A stretch of DNA of 64,000 bases from a virus (IMGVR_UViG_3300032294_003343:64001-128000); one strand, 5' to 3'; numbered from the stretch's first letter, positions 39,301-48,841 are shown. Numbers and translations are program-made. The notes: generated by a model not told the origin, from the letters alone.

Positions 39301-41034
39301 TTTGCTTTTAAGATTACACCAAATGATTATCAAGATATAAAATCCTTAAAAATAAGATTACAAAGTCTAGCTGTTTGTAATAATCCTAATGCTTATATTC
39401 AGGTGAGTATTTGGGATAATTATAATAGCCTCCCAAATGCAAAGCTAATTACTGGTTCAAAAGTGTTCTATACAACTATAAAGAACATTCTTGATGATGT
39501 TTATTTCTATGTGAATTACTCATTAACAAAAGGTAGAACTTATTGGATAGTTTTTGAATCAAATACAAATCCTCCAAATTATGATGCTAAAACACTTGGA
39601 TTAATTAGTGTAAGTGGAACAGCAGTAAGTGGACTTTATAATCCAGCTACAAATACAACAGCTGATTTTAATAAATATCAAAAGTATGCTTCTATTGGGT
39701 TTGGCAGTACTATGCCAAGTGATATTTCTACTTGGTATGAAATTGCTTCTATAGGCTCTTCTTCCATAATGACATTGTCAGGAAGTGCTGGAACAAGCGA
39801 CAATCAAAGTTATGTAATTAAGTACGACCTTAGATTACAGATACAAGAGTCATCCACTCCAACTGCTTCTAACATGGCCTTTTATGACGGATATTCTTGG
39901 ACAGTATCTACAGGTACACCATACGTTGAGTTCTTTGATCTGGATCACGAAATTTATGCTGCATTTAATAGGGATTTCAATTACTCTTCTCTTGTAATGC
40001 CAGCACCTAATAAATCAAGAGCAAACAATACTGATTATTATGTAGACGAATTTTGGACAATAAATAATCAAAACTTATTTACTCCATCACAACTAAGCAT
40101 TTACCCAAGATCGTTTGTATCAAGAGTGGTTGCAATTGGTGCCACTGGAACTTCTGGCACAAACTTACTCTACATGCCGGAAGAAAATTTTGATCCCTCT
40201 GTTATGGTTGGTATAGCAGTGACTTCAAATGTCATTGCAAGTGGCACAGCAATTACAAACTTGACTTATGATTCAACAAGTAGCTTATATAAAGTTTACT
40301 TGAGCAATAATTTATCAGGTACAGCAAATACTCATTACTTTGGGGACAATACAAATAGATATATAAAAAGAGCACATGACATTCATTTATATCTTAAGTA
40401 CAATGTAGACAACCATCTTCAAACAACATATATAAAACTTGAAAAATCTCCCACATGGATCACTCAGTGGTATAAAAAGTCTGACTGGAATTATCTTGAA
40501 TTAGATAATAATGAAATGAGTGATTTATCATCAGCGCACCATAATATTAATTTTGATAATTTTAGTGGATTGGGACAAACAAATTACTTCAATGGTTCTG
40601 CTATAGGAAATTTCACTTCTCTTTCATCAATTGGAGCAACTTTTGATTTTAGAATTACAACAAATGGTGGAATAAAATTCTTCATAAACAATGAAGAAAA
40701 ACCATATATAAGTGATTGGAATAACACTACTTCAACATCGTTCACAACTTCATATGTTGCTACAGGAAGTTCACAACCTATTTCTTTAGAATTACAATTT
40801 AATAATTATCAAAACTTACATAGTTTGAAATTAGAGTGGAGAGTAACTGGCACTTCATCATGGCAAGAAGTAAATAGCTCTTTTTACCAAGATGTTTCTG
40901 TTAGTCCAATTTTAATAGATAGCAATAAAATTGAAAATCTTACTTACTTAGTTGTTGGTAAAACTTTGGAAGAAATAAATGATCAATATTATGGTTTTCC
41001 AGTTACTGACAAGATTGTGATTAGGAACAAATAA
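36331..41034 (+). CDS. Large virion protein with fibre-type motif, beta-sandwich domain and C-terminal PA14-like domain, 1567 aa
   Basis: GSGKITISSGNNVVVGSASKFTKEVTEGD fibre motif; AFKITPN...YWIVF sandwich; PA14-like FDFRITTNGGIKFFINN..ISDW...ISLELQF...LKLEW. Confidence 0.7.
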   Translation: MSLVSKKGLEFIINQIGKAKYAYKDLVGDLSLNRGYYLDYERIVIKLRGSTIFHDYDLAGKTPQGLTTKPYQTFDTVEDISFGFQGGQYTVDQKISSFANTGGWTPQYYNPPAPEGWGVWDYNAWQYFVPPYNAAGNANTSYIIYNINSEPGDGSERVNYDYPVRWDGSLYRRVNLFNSSRWISLKNTGTVSNNEAHIIIPKSYFEGAQFINPLTNTPKDLGIASHIFLKTQGIGSTFSLGGSMAGLALTYLAYNLSEVSSTGSTTERIKDHYLFKVKTPSTWTADYWYHLAFYWDTHDTNFLSSYPTYTSGTAITFNSNNFSSAWNIYPRKTYLQKDIQNYITFDKTGVNDTNIYLFSRSKTNQKYYDGDYITTTEPFRYLYPETFSAYGDTNSLANYVSLSSYEYLPVLIATKNIISGNQYENGDIDFYLFFGKAMPQESVPVDWEDFTNYPIIDKDYDIVAKIILSYPSFKTSGTIKTKTSTTYNLNNASIVYIKRSADNFVVPPIGDSELIDETLLDVISMTSFTRNDDYEDIYDQLGVDLVAPFTNFKSYGTNSYIDFKNNSFKKTKLLHNLLKYPIAPALKSNFQTTKGSGKITISSGNNVVVGSASKFTKEVTEGDYLYSSDGTILYGQVLSIITDTYLTLEENYKSSVDNQGYGIKNNPLETEPINIEVEEIGANAMISWLSIPPTKIIFKYDESGMQLNDINFESDTEFEFYQEVSNIPDLLDQETTGTKLTKDYAFSIVFQNTSSDKFIKNIKLNSSKFFITDDEYLNRQKKNLTTSGYFKQGSQTEQTNNSPGTFNSMEEYRVYGSAAIIPNMQMGESRAILTKQVQPTDSTKQTESDFIANLKSLNPSISEAEIQDKISDYELTNSFYTPDLNQFPNTFSTIKEMGMTVSNYAFNRSKHWVSNYDEIIGAEKDSKTFTAQNVLDLRSDSFIISIAGYSTSDASINSLENIYKQQISIVDATNINQTSKGSFKSVNYDRFAFKITPNDYQDIKSLKIRLQSLAVCNNPNAYIQVSIWDNYNSLPNAKLITGSKVFYTTIKNILDDVYFYVNYSLTKGRTYWIVFESNTNPPNYDAKTLGLISVSGTAVSGLYNPATNTTADFNKYQKYASIGFGSTMPSDISTWYEIASIGSSSIMTLSGSAGTSDNQSYVIKYDLRLQIQESSTPTASNMAFYDGYSWTVSTGTPYVEFFDLDHEIYAAFNRDFNYSSLVMPAPNKSRANNTDYYVDEFWTINNQNLFTPSQLSIYPRSFVSRVVAIGATGTSGTNLLYMPEENFDPSVMVGIAVTSNVIASGTAITNLTYDSTSSLYKVYLSNNLSGTANTHYFGDNTNRYIKRAHDIHLYLKYNVDNHLQTTYIKLEKSPTWITQWYKKSDWNYLELDNNEMSDLSSAHHNINFDNFSGLGQTNYFNGSAIGNFTSLSSIGATFDFRITTNGGIKFFINNEEKPYISDWNNTTSTSFTTSYVATGSSQPISLELQFNNYQNLHSLKLEWRVTGTSSWQEVNSSFYQDVSVSPILIDSNKIENLTYLVVGKTLEEINDQYYGFPVTDKIVIRNK

Positions 41035-41888
41035 TGGCAATGAATTATGCTTCAGCAAACACAATGAATAATTTAGTGCTTGCTCTTGATCAAACAGCCA
41101 GAACAGTTGATATGGCATTAGCTTCTCAGGAATATGCCTTATCATATAATACTGCTGAGCGTAATTTACAATTGCTATATGGTTTATCAGCAATAAAATC
41201 TCAGAATTATAACATGGTTCTTGATGTCTTAAGTTTTGGTAAAGGTTTAGTAAAAACTGCTTTATCAACCACCAATATTGAACTACCTAGTGGAAATGAA
41301 CAAGGATACACAATTCAAGAAGTATTAGGAAATATTGACGTAATGTCAGATGGATATATTTTTGGGAAGATTTTTCTAACTTCTGATAGTGTTGATGGTG
41401 AGGAATTAGTATTTTCTTTAGCAAGACCAATAAATGATCCAAATGGCAGTCCTTTGATTATAAGTAAGGATATTGATATAGATACTGCTGAAGAAATTAT
41501 TAAAACGTCACAAGAGTTATCATTTACGACAGATAAATCTTATGCAATAGAAATATATAAATTTATAGCAGATATTTCTTATTATGATCAGACAATCAAA
41601 AACTCTAGAGTATTTTTCAAACTTATAGATGAAAGATTACCAAGAGGATACTTTGGGTACACAGAAGAGAATATTTCAAAAATAGTTATCTCATCAATCA
41701 TAAGAAATTATGCATTAATTTCAGAACAATATAATACACAGAAAAATTTAACTAAAAGCATCATCACAAATTGGGTAGGAAGTTCAACTTGGAACCCTGA
41801 CTTTGCATCATATTGGCAAAATTCAGATCAAACGTTACCTAGTAGGCTTTTATCTTACTTGTCATCAGAGTTGAGTATAAATATATAA
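41034..41888 (+). CDS. Hypothetical structural protein, 284 aa
   Basis: TAATG-coupled ORF in the structural operon. Confidence 0.65.
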   Translation: MAMNYASANTMNNLVLALDQTARTVDMALASQEYALSYNTAERNLQLLYGLSAIKSQNYNMVLDVLSFGKGLVKTALSTTNIELPSGNEQGYTIQEVLGNIDVMSDGYIFGKIFLTSDSVDGEELVFSLARPINDPNGSPLIISKDIDIDTAEEIIKTSQELSFTTDKSYAIEIYKFIADISYYDQTIKNSRVFFKLIDERLPRGYFGYTEENISKIVISSIIRNYALISEQYNTQKNLTKSIITNWVGSSTWNPDFASYWQNSDQTLPSRLLSYLSSELSINI

Positions 41889-41889
41889 A

Positions 41890-44340
41890 ATGGCAATTTC
41901 ATCAAAAGTAGAAGAGATAGTTTTAGAACTTACAAAAACGGTGGGTAATATTTACGATGCCTTGAATTATGGTATTGGCAATGTAGATATTCCTGGGTCT
42001 TCAATTTTTGAAATCAACAATTTGCTTTCTATGGCAAATACTGGCTTTCCTTACTTTGGTATTTTAGAAACTGCTCCTTTAGGCTGCGATACGACATATG
42101 ATATTGCTTTTGATCCTTATTATGTTACTGTTAGAAGCGGACAAGTTGCATACAATGGCTCTGTAATAAATTTACAACCACAAAAAATACCACTTAAAAA
42201 AGAATGGTCAAAAAACTACTCAACTGGTGGTTTTGGTGCAAGTTATAAATATGGGGTGACTTTAGGCTTACCAATTTCAGAAGTACAAAAAGCAACTCAA
42301 GTTTGGGCAACTACTGTTAGTGATACTTGTTTAGCTGGAACTTCTGTTCTTTTGGTCAAAGATACTTCAATTGCAATTAATTTGGGATTCCCTATTCAAG
42401 CATTTGTTGGCAATTATCTGATTACATTTTCAAACGTTACCGATGATCTTACTGGATTAATTGTTGACCCTTCATATTATAATGGTGCTTCATTTGGAAC
42501 ATTACCAGCAACATATTATCTTGACAACCCAGTGACATTTTTATTCCAACCAAGAGTTAAATACATAACAGGTTTTCCAATTTTAGAAACTTCTGAAAAT
42601 GTAAATACTTTTGATTATTTTCCACCATTACCTCAAAGCTGGATACCTATCAGTAAAGTTATGGTGAAAAATCCTGAGAATCCAGTAGTTGTTGATTCGG
42701 GCACAGGCTTAACTAGAACTATTGTAGATATGCCCACTGATATATCAACATATCAAATTTTAGGTGATTCTGCTGATAAAAACCTTATAATTCAAAGCTG
42801 TACAGAAGCTAACAATGCTTTGACATCATACAAGACAAACGATTATGTAAGAAATACTGTTTCAGCAGTTTATCGTTATATAAACACTGTGTCCGCAAAT
42901 TCTGGAATGTCAAACAGAGAGCTTTTATCAACACAGCCATTTAGAAAAACAGAATTTTATTCTAAAGGCACTTCTTTTAGTGGTTTAGAAAGATTTGAAC
43001 TTCCTTATAATTTTGCCAGAGCTTATTTTGAAACTATTGGGTCTGACGTGCAACACACCTTTGCAATTTTCAGAGGCGACTTGATTACTTACAACGCAGC
43101 AATAGGAAGCAATAATACAGCTGCTGCAACTGGATTGACTAATACTGTAATACCTTGTTCAAACTATGTTTCTTCATTATCATCAGGCACTCAAATTTAT
43201 GGTGTCACTATAGTTTACAATATTTCAACAGATGAATATGTTGAAAGTATACCAGTGTATAGTAATCTAGTTTCGTCTAATTTTACAAGTAGTAATTATT
43301 TGGTGGAATTAAATTGGTCAGGCGCTGGTATTACTAATCCGCTTTTTTATCATATTTATAAAAAACCACAATTAAGTAGTGATTTGATAGAAAGAAAAAT
43401 CACTAATATTAATGAAATTCAGTACCCGTCATATAATACAATGACAACTATTATAGACGACACTGATTTAGTTCTCAACAATGGTCTGACTGCTTTCAAA
43501 ATTACTCCAAATGAAGATTGTTTTATTGGCGGAGTAACTTTAAAATTAAAATATATTGCTGGTGGGCAATCGACAGGTTCAGGAACTTCAGGCATCTCTG
43601 TTTCAATTTATTCAGCAACTGGTTCTACTCCAACTCCAAATGGAATGATTACCACAGCATCATTAATAAGAAATTCGGATGTAATTCAAGGTACTAACGA
43701 ATATACAGTTAAGTTTAATACTGGAGCAAATTTAGAGCAAGGTACATCTTATTGGCTTATGATAAATAAGCCTTCAGATTTTACTACTGGATTAGGTTCA
43801 ACTAGTTTATTTACTAGAATTATAGCTGGTGGTTCAGGACAAGGATTAACATCTATCAATGATGGGTCGTCATGGACAGGTACAGGTGGAACTGCATATC
43901 ACAAATTCAGAGGCTACCTTGATGATGGTAATATTTCTGGAGAGATATTGAGAAGGGGTGTTAAGCTAACCAACAGAATTGCTTTACAGCCAAGTGCAAT
44001 TTCAGTTTATGTTCCTAATGTAGAAGATTTAACTTCTTCTAATGTTGTGTTCAATGGCTCTACTACTGGTATAGCAACAACAGATGACCAGACAATTAAG
44101 AATGATCTGATTGTTACTGTTATAGCTCAAAATGGCGATAATGGTGAACCAATCACATTAACTACTACAGTTCCAAAAGGTACACTTAGAAACCAAAGAT
44201 TTCCTCTTGGAAATGATTTACAAGTTTTTGATAGAGTCATTGATGCTTATGTTTCTCCAGGAGCTAACTTGACTAGAATAAATAATGGTCCAATTTTATG
44301 GGATATTTATGATCTTATAACTATTGAAACTACACCATAG
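41890..44340 (+). CDS. Virion structural protein, 816 aa
   Basis: S/T/G-rich beta protein. FN3-like VELNWSG...YHIYKK. AFKITPN...GTSYWLMI domain shared with the 1567-aa protein. Confidence 0.7.
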   Translation: MAISSKVEEIVLELTKTVGNIYDALNYGIGNVDIPGSSIFEINNLLSMANTGFPYFGILETAPLGCDTTYDIAFDPYYVTVRSGQVAYNGSVINLQPQKIPLKKEWSKNYSTGGFGASYKYGVTLGLPISEVQKATQVWATTVSDTCLAGTSVLLVKDTSIAINLGFPIQAFVGNYLITFSNVTDDLTGLIVDPSYYNGASFGTLPATYYLDNPVTFLFQPRVKYITGFPILETSENVNTFDYFPPLPQSWIPISKVMVKNPENPVVVDSGTGLTRTIVDMPTDISTYQILGDSADKNLIIQSCTEANNALTSYKTNDYVRNTVSAVYRYINTVSANSGMSNRELLSTQPFRKTEFYSKGTSFSGLERFELPYNFARAYFETIGSDVQHTFAIFRGDLITYNAAIGSNNTAAATGLTNTVIPCSNYVSSLSSGTQIYGVTIVYNISTDEYVESIPVYSNLVSSNFTSSNYLVELNWSGAGITNPLFYHIYKKPQLSSDLIERKITNINEIQYPSYNTMTTIIDDTDLVLNNGLTAFKITPNEDCFIGGVTLKLKYIAGGQSTGSGTSGISVSIYSATGSTPTPNGMITTASLIRNSDVIQGTNEYTVKFNTGANLEQGTSYWLMINKPSDFTTGLGSTSLFTRIIAGGSGQGLTSINDGSSWTGTGGTAYHKFRGYLDDGNISGEILRRGVKLTNRIALQPSAISVYVPNVEDLTSSNVVFNGSTTGIATTDDQTIKNDLIVTVIAQNGDNGEPITLTTTVPKGTLRNQRFPLGNDLQVFDRVIDAYVSPGANLTRINNGPILWDIYDLITIETTP

Positions 44341-44350
44341 GTTTAGAGCT

Positions 44351-45823
44351 ATGAGAAAAGACATTCTTGCTAGTTCGCTACAAACAGATATTCATGCTTT
44401 TGGTGTTGATCAAACAATCATAGTACCTAGTATTGGAAGTTCAGAATCAGTCCCAAATCAGTACCTATATAAAGAAGCATACAATAATTTTAGTTCTCAC
44501 TTATATGCCCCAGCTTTTGAAACAGGTTATTACGATATCTTTGCCTTATCAAGAGAATTTGGAGAAGATCCTGATTTTAATTTGTCTTTTAATAATATAA
44601 ATACAAATTATCTTTTCTCTATCGATAATTTTAACATGCAAGGTGCTCAAGAATCTGACGCTGGAGAAAGATACGCAGGTGAAGGAGCAAACCCAAACAC
44701 TTTCCAACTAGGACCTAAAGAGTATAATGTTAGTTTTACATATCCTTTTAAAGTTGATAGTTGGGGGTATTTAGATTTTTCATTAGCAGCATTTTTCGAT
44801 TATTGCATACAAGCTTTTCAAGGTAGTCCAACTTCAATTATTGGAAGATTTACCTCAGATAATTCATCTACAATCGCAGCTGGAACTACTCAATTATATG
44901 TAGACAATATTGCAGAATTTATGGGTTTGACAGTTCCTTTTAATGCAAAAATAAAGTCTGATAATAATGCAAACTATGATTTAGTTGAAGTTACAGGGGT
45001 AAATAAAGCAAGTAGAATGCTCACTGTTGTAGCAGGAATCAATGCTGCTATAAGTAGAGATTCATCTTATATTTCAGTAAATCCTCAATCTTTAGGAAAA
45101 GAAGCATCATTCTCTTTGTTTACTTTGAAACAAGGATTATTAAGTGGTTGTTTGGTTGAAAAATTTGCAATAAATTTCAAGCCTGGCGAACAAATTATAG
45201 CATATATAGATTTGAAAGTGCTGAATGTAGACAGAACATATCAAGTTCAAATGTTTAATAATTTCACCTCAATAATTCAAAACTATTTTAAGAAAAAACC
45301 AAGTTATATACTCAATGGTTATAACGTTAGGGTTTATAAAAGTGCTCCAGAATATGGATTATTTGGCTTAGGTACTATGATTGATTCAAAATTATTCAGA
45401 GGCTTTCAACAATCACAATTAGATAGTATTTATGTCACAGAAATTGATATAAGTATTGAAAATAATTTGAAACCAATATTTACATTGAATTCCAAAGGGA
45501 GCGATCCAAAGCAAAATTTCTTTAAGAATTCTCTTCCTTATGGCTATTATTCGGAGGGACGTAAAATATCAGGTTCAATCACTTACACTGGCCCAATAAA
45601 ACCTTGGGCAATGGTTGAATTTTTATCTGGACCAAGCAGCATTAATAATGATGGTATAACTTTTGATATGGGCCCAATTAAGTTAGAATTGCCTGAAGTT
45701 GTATGGTCAACAGTTTCTCAAGAACATTCTAGAATGGATTATCAAAAGAATAAAGTTAATTTTTCAGTGGCAACTCAAAACTATACATTTGACCCAGTAT
45801 TAAAATCAACAGGAAGTTATTAA
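44351..45823 (+). CDS. Tail tube-like protein 1 with an inserted beta domain (start revised from 44324)
   Basis: The ATG at 44351 avoids overlap with the upstream gene. Tube-type pattern SFSLF..LSGCLVEKFAINFKPGEQIIAYIDL...IDISIENNL..IFTL...EGRKISGSITY...IKLELPEVVW. Confidence 0.6.
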   Translation: MRKDILASSLQTDIHAFGVDQTIIVPSIGSSESVPNQYLYKEAYNNFSSHLYAPAFETGYYDIFALSREFGEDPDFNLSFNNINTNYLFSIDNFNMQGAQESDAGERYAGEGANPNTFQLGPKEYNVSFTYPFKVDSWGYLDFSLAAFFDYCIQAFQGSPTSIIGRFTSDNSSTIAAGTTQLYVDNIAEFMGLTVPFNAKIKSDNNANYDLVEVTGVNKASRMLTVVAGINAAISRDSSYISVNPQSLGKEASFSLFTLKQGLLSGCLVEKFAINFKPGEQIIAYIDLKVLNVDRTYQVQMFNNFTSIIQNYFKKKPSYILNGYNVRVYKSAPEYGLFGLGTMIDSKLFRGFQQSQLDSIYVTEIDISIENNLKPIFTLNSKGSDPKQNFFKNSLPYGYYSEGRKISGSITYTGPIKPWAMVEFLSGPSSINNDGITFDMGPIKLELPEVVWSTVSQEHSRMDYQKNKVNFSVATQNYTFDPVLKSTGSY

Positions 45824-46209
45824 TGAGTATTTTTGTAGATGCTGGAAAAAGATTTGAATTGAAATTAAACTGCAATATCATAAAAAATGATAACGGGGAT
45901 GTTCTTTGCTACAAAATTGATCCAAACGGTGAATGCGAAATATCTTGTGATGTCAAAGGTAGAAACTTTGCTGATATGTCAAATATTATAGAAGACGCAA
46001 CCATCATCAATTCAGTAACAGGCAACCCGCTTCTTAGAACATCTGTGCTTTGCAAAAATATTATAACAAATTTCTTTTCTGTTATTAAGATCATAGATGG
46101 GGAAAATGTTGAAACTTATTATCCAGATCCACATAATGTAAGTATGATCAGATACGAATTGGTTAAAGCTTTATCAAAAAAATGGTTGGAAATGACAGGC
46201 GGAAAGTAA
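45823..46209 (+). CDS. Small protein, tail assembly chaperone-like, 128 aa
   Basis: Follows the tube-like gene (TAATG). Its size and pattern (GRNFADMSNII...NVSMIRYELVKALSKKW) resemble chaperones. Positional inference. Confidence 0.45.
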   Translation: MSIFVDAGKRFELKLNCNIIKNDNGDVLCYKIDPNGECEISCDVKGRNFADMSNIIEDATIINSVTGNPLLRTSVLCKNIITNFFSVIKIIDGENVETYYPDPHNVSMIRYELVKALSKKWLEMTGGK

Positions 46210-47448
46210 ATGCCAGATATTATAAACAATGTTATAAATGGGTTATATCCAGCATCAGGACATAATATTTATGTTAGTGAATTAGCCCCATTTAATAACC
46301 CAAGTTTATATGAACAACAGCTTAAATCATTTGGTGGATTTAGAATTGCTAAAAATGACACATGGTCAAGATCTCATTTATGGGATTTATATCTACTTAG
46401 CGCTAATATGACCAACAGAGTCACCCACTCTTCTAGAAACTTTTTCTATAAAAGATTTTCAAATGAATACAAACCATTATATTGCTCTACATTTAATGAC
46501 AATGCTGGACAAGATGTTTACCAACCCATACAGAATTTTTCTGGATTATCTGTCTTAAATCGTCCAACATTTAGTAATTACAAATACTCTGGAAGTTTTA
46601 CTTTCAACCCAATTTTATCTACAAACATAAATCAACAATATGCTGCTGAAAGTATAATTTATAGAGCATCATATTTTCCACTTTATCCTTTGATTTTTTG
46701 TTCAAGTATTCCTACTCATAAATCTTTTGGACCAGCCTTTTTGAGTAGTTTTCAAATTTCAGTTGATGGTATGGATCAACTTGGAGATGTTGAAATTTCT
46801 TGCGCACTTGTAGGTGGAAGATCCGTAATTTCACCTGATGGTGTAACAGTTTATAGACCTTTTTTGAACAATAATTTGATTTCAATGAAAAACTTAGGCG
46901 ACACAGATTTTGAAAACGAAATCAACAATTTTCAAGACAAATATAGAGTCATAAATTTATCTGACTGCGCATTTCATCCAGGATTATTCACAGGCAAAGA
47001 TGCATTTAAAAATTTTGGACTTGCTGTTCAAAGCGCATATAGTGCAAATACCATGCCCATCCACAAAATAGTAAGCATGTCATTGTCAATCCAACAATCT
47101 ATTGACTTTACATATACCTACCCTGGATATTCTATTGGAACCAATTTGACTGAATTTTTTGATGTTGCGGGACCAAGATTTGCTTCCTTAAGCAATAGAA
47201 AAGTAACGGGAACGATTAAGTTATTCAGTCCACAAAATTATCCATTTATAACTACTAATGCTTCTTCTCTAACATTGTATTTTGGTAGTGTGTTTTTCTA
47301 TACAATGAAAAATGTTGATTGGCAGCAACCAATAATCACCATCAATCCTGGAAGTGGATTCTTTATTGAGTATAATTTTTCCGCAAGGTTGAATGAATTT
47401 ACAGCTTTTAATGGATTGCTTAATTCAAGAGTATCAGAATTTTTATGA
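46210..47448 (+). CDS. Tail tube-like protein 2 (paralog), 412 aa
   Basis: YSGSFTF...FGPAFLSSFQISVDG...VEISCALVGG...IVSMSLSIQQSI...NRKVTGTIKL...IEYNFSA parallels tube-like protein 1. Confidence 0.5.
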   Translation: MPDIINNVINGLYPASGHNIYVSELAPFNNPSLYEQQLKSFGGFRIAKNDTWSRSHLWDLYLLSANMTNRVTHSSRNFFYKRFSNEYKPLYCSTFNDNAGQDVYQPIQNFSGLSVLNRPTFSNYKYSGSFTFNPILSTNINQQYAAESIIYRASYFPLYPLIFCSSIPTHKSFGPAFLSSFQISVDGMDQLGDVEISCALVGGRSVISPDGVTVYRPFLNNNLISMKNLGDTDFENEINNFQDKYRVINLSDCAFHPGLFTGKDAFKNFGLAVQSAYSANTMPIHKIVSMSLSIQQSIDFTYTYPGYSIGTNLTEFFDVAGPRFASLSNRKVTGTIKLFSPQNYPFITTNASSLTLYFGSVFFYTMKNVDWQQPIITINPGSGFFIEYNFSARLNEFTAFNGLLNSRVSEFL

Positions 47449-48035
47449 TGAAAGAATTTATAGAATTTTACGAAAAAGTTAAATCAAACAAAACACATAT
47501 TATTACAATCGATTCTGTAAAGTTTATTGTTCGTGAAATTACTTGGAAAGAAGGCTTACTGATTGATGCAAAATCGTTCAGAAAGAAAGACAATATTGTT
47601 TATCAAAATTCAGAATTTGAAAAAAGAGAAATTTTGAAGATTGCTATTCTGAGAGTATTTGACACCAATACTAATACTGATTACATACCTGATTTTGAAA
47701 CATCATTATTAGAAAAACTTGATTACACAATCATAGAAAAACTTTGGGTCGAATATCAAAATTATCTTTATCTTAACGCCGATGAAGCTAATTTTTACTA
47801 CATTGCAACAAAAAAATATTATAATCCAAATGATACAGAAACATACCCCGTGCCACCCTTAATCGTTGAAATTGATTATATGACACGAGGTTTAGTTTCT
47901 ATGAGTAAAGATGAATTTGCCAATCTTAGTATGAAAGAATTTGAAACAATTCAGTTAATTTTAGCTACTAAGAATGAAGCAAAGCCAGAAAGTGCAGCAG
48001 ATCTTGATATTGATTTAGAAAAAGAAATGCGCTAA
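47445..48035 (+). CDS. Tail assembly chaperone-like protein, 196 aa
   Basis: FIVREITWKEGLLID...LLEKLDYTIIEKLW, with a C-terminal SKDEFANLSMKEF. ATGA-coupled. Confidence 0.45.
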   Translation: MMKEFIEFYEKVKSNKTHIITIDSVKFIVREITWKEGLLIDAKSFRKKDNIVYQNSEFEKREILKIAILRVFDTNTNTDYIPDFETSLLEKLDYTIIEKLWVEYQNYLYLNADEANFYYIATKKYYNPNDTETYPVPPLIVEIDYMTRGLVSMSKDEFANLSMKEFETIQLILATKNEAKPESAADLDIDLEKEMR

Positions 48036-48841
48036 AGAGTAAATGAAAGTGTGTTTTTGTATTTATTTCTAACCATTTCAGCAATTGCAGTTCTGTCCCA
48101 TTGATGGAATAAAAAATACTTCTCTCCACTTTCATTACAAACATCTGTTCCATCAAAAAATACATCAACATTATCTCTTTTTATTGCTTCACCTGTAGCA
48201 CAAAAAGTATCAGTATATGGATGGCATAGCATAATATTAGGATTTTGTTTAAATTGTCTGTATAGATATCCCAACATAGCCTGATCTGGAATTACATAGC
48301 TATATCTTCTATTTATTGCTGTGAGAATAAGTGTGCAATAATTTAGAAATGCACTAGTTTTTCCGCCATATGTTCCACCATTGATTACATAAGAATCATC
48401 ATATCTTTCTTTGTTAAAAACTAATGTATTCAAAGTCCATTCATGCCATGCAGCATTACAATCATTTTCTTTTATTTGCATGCCTTCACAAACTAAAAAT
48501 AACTCTTTTTCTGGATGGCTTGCCATAAACTCAAATGGATCTTTTTGAATAATTACATCTCGCATGTCCCATTGCATGCAGTAATCAAAATCTTTACCAT
48601 GTTCACAAATCCAATTGTAATATGCAACATATGTCAAGTTGAAAGGATTCATGTTTTCTTCAACTTCTACTATATAATCGTAGTATTTTCTAAGTTTCTC
48701 TATGTTGCTTTGTGAAACATCATGTACACAAATTAGTTTCTTGAAGTTTTTTTGTTTTGCTAAAGATTGAAGATAAATATCAGCATCAATAGAGTCTAAT
48801 ATTCGATCACCTTGCAAAAAATTAAGCATTAAGTTATTCAT
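48032..48841 (-). CDS. GT-A-type glycosyltransferase-like protein, 269 aa
   Basis: DMRDVIIQKDPF (DxxD), INGGTYGG, DQAML and HQWDR motifs. Confidence 0.65.
   Translation of the reverse strand: MNNLMLNFLQGDRILDSIDADIYLQSLAKQKNFKKLICVHDVSQSNIEKLRKYYDYIVEVEENMNPFNLTYVAYYNWICEHGKDFDYCMQWDMRDVIIQKDPFEFMASHPEKELFLVCEGMQIKENDCNAAWHEWTLNTLVFNKERYDDSYVINGGTYGGKTSAFLNYCTLILTAINRRYSYVIPDQAMLGYLYRQFKQNPNIMLCHPYTDTFCATGEAIKRDNVDVFFDGTDVCNESGEKYFLFHQWDRTAIAEMVRNKYKNTLSFTL

Noticed and set aside
46174-46212. A-AAA-AAA slippery site near the end of the 128-aa chaperone-like gene
   Set aside because: The -1 frame closes after about 28 codons and does not join the next gene, which is in the 0 frame. A-runs are common here.
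32098-48035. Extracellular contractile injection system or tailocin
   Set aside because: No recognisable sheath, AAA ATPase or baseplate J, and head-tail connector-like genes favour a phage with a head. Not formally excluded without the rest of the contig.
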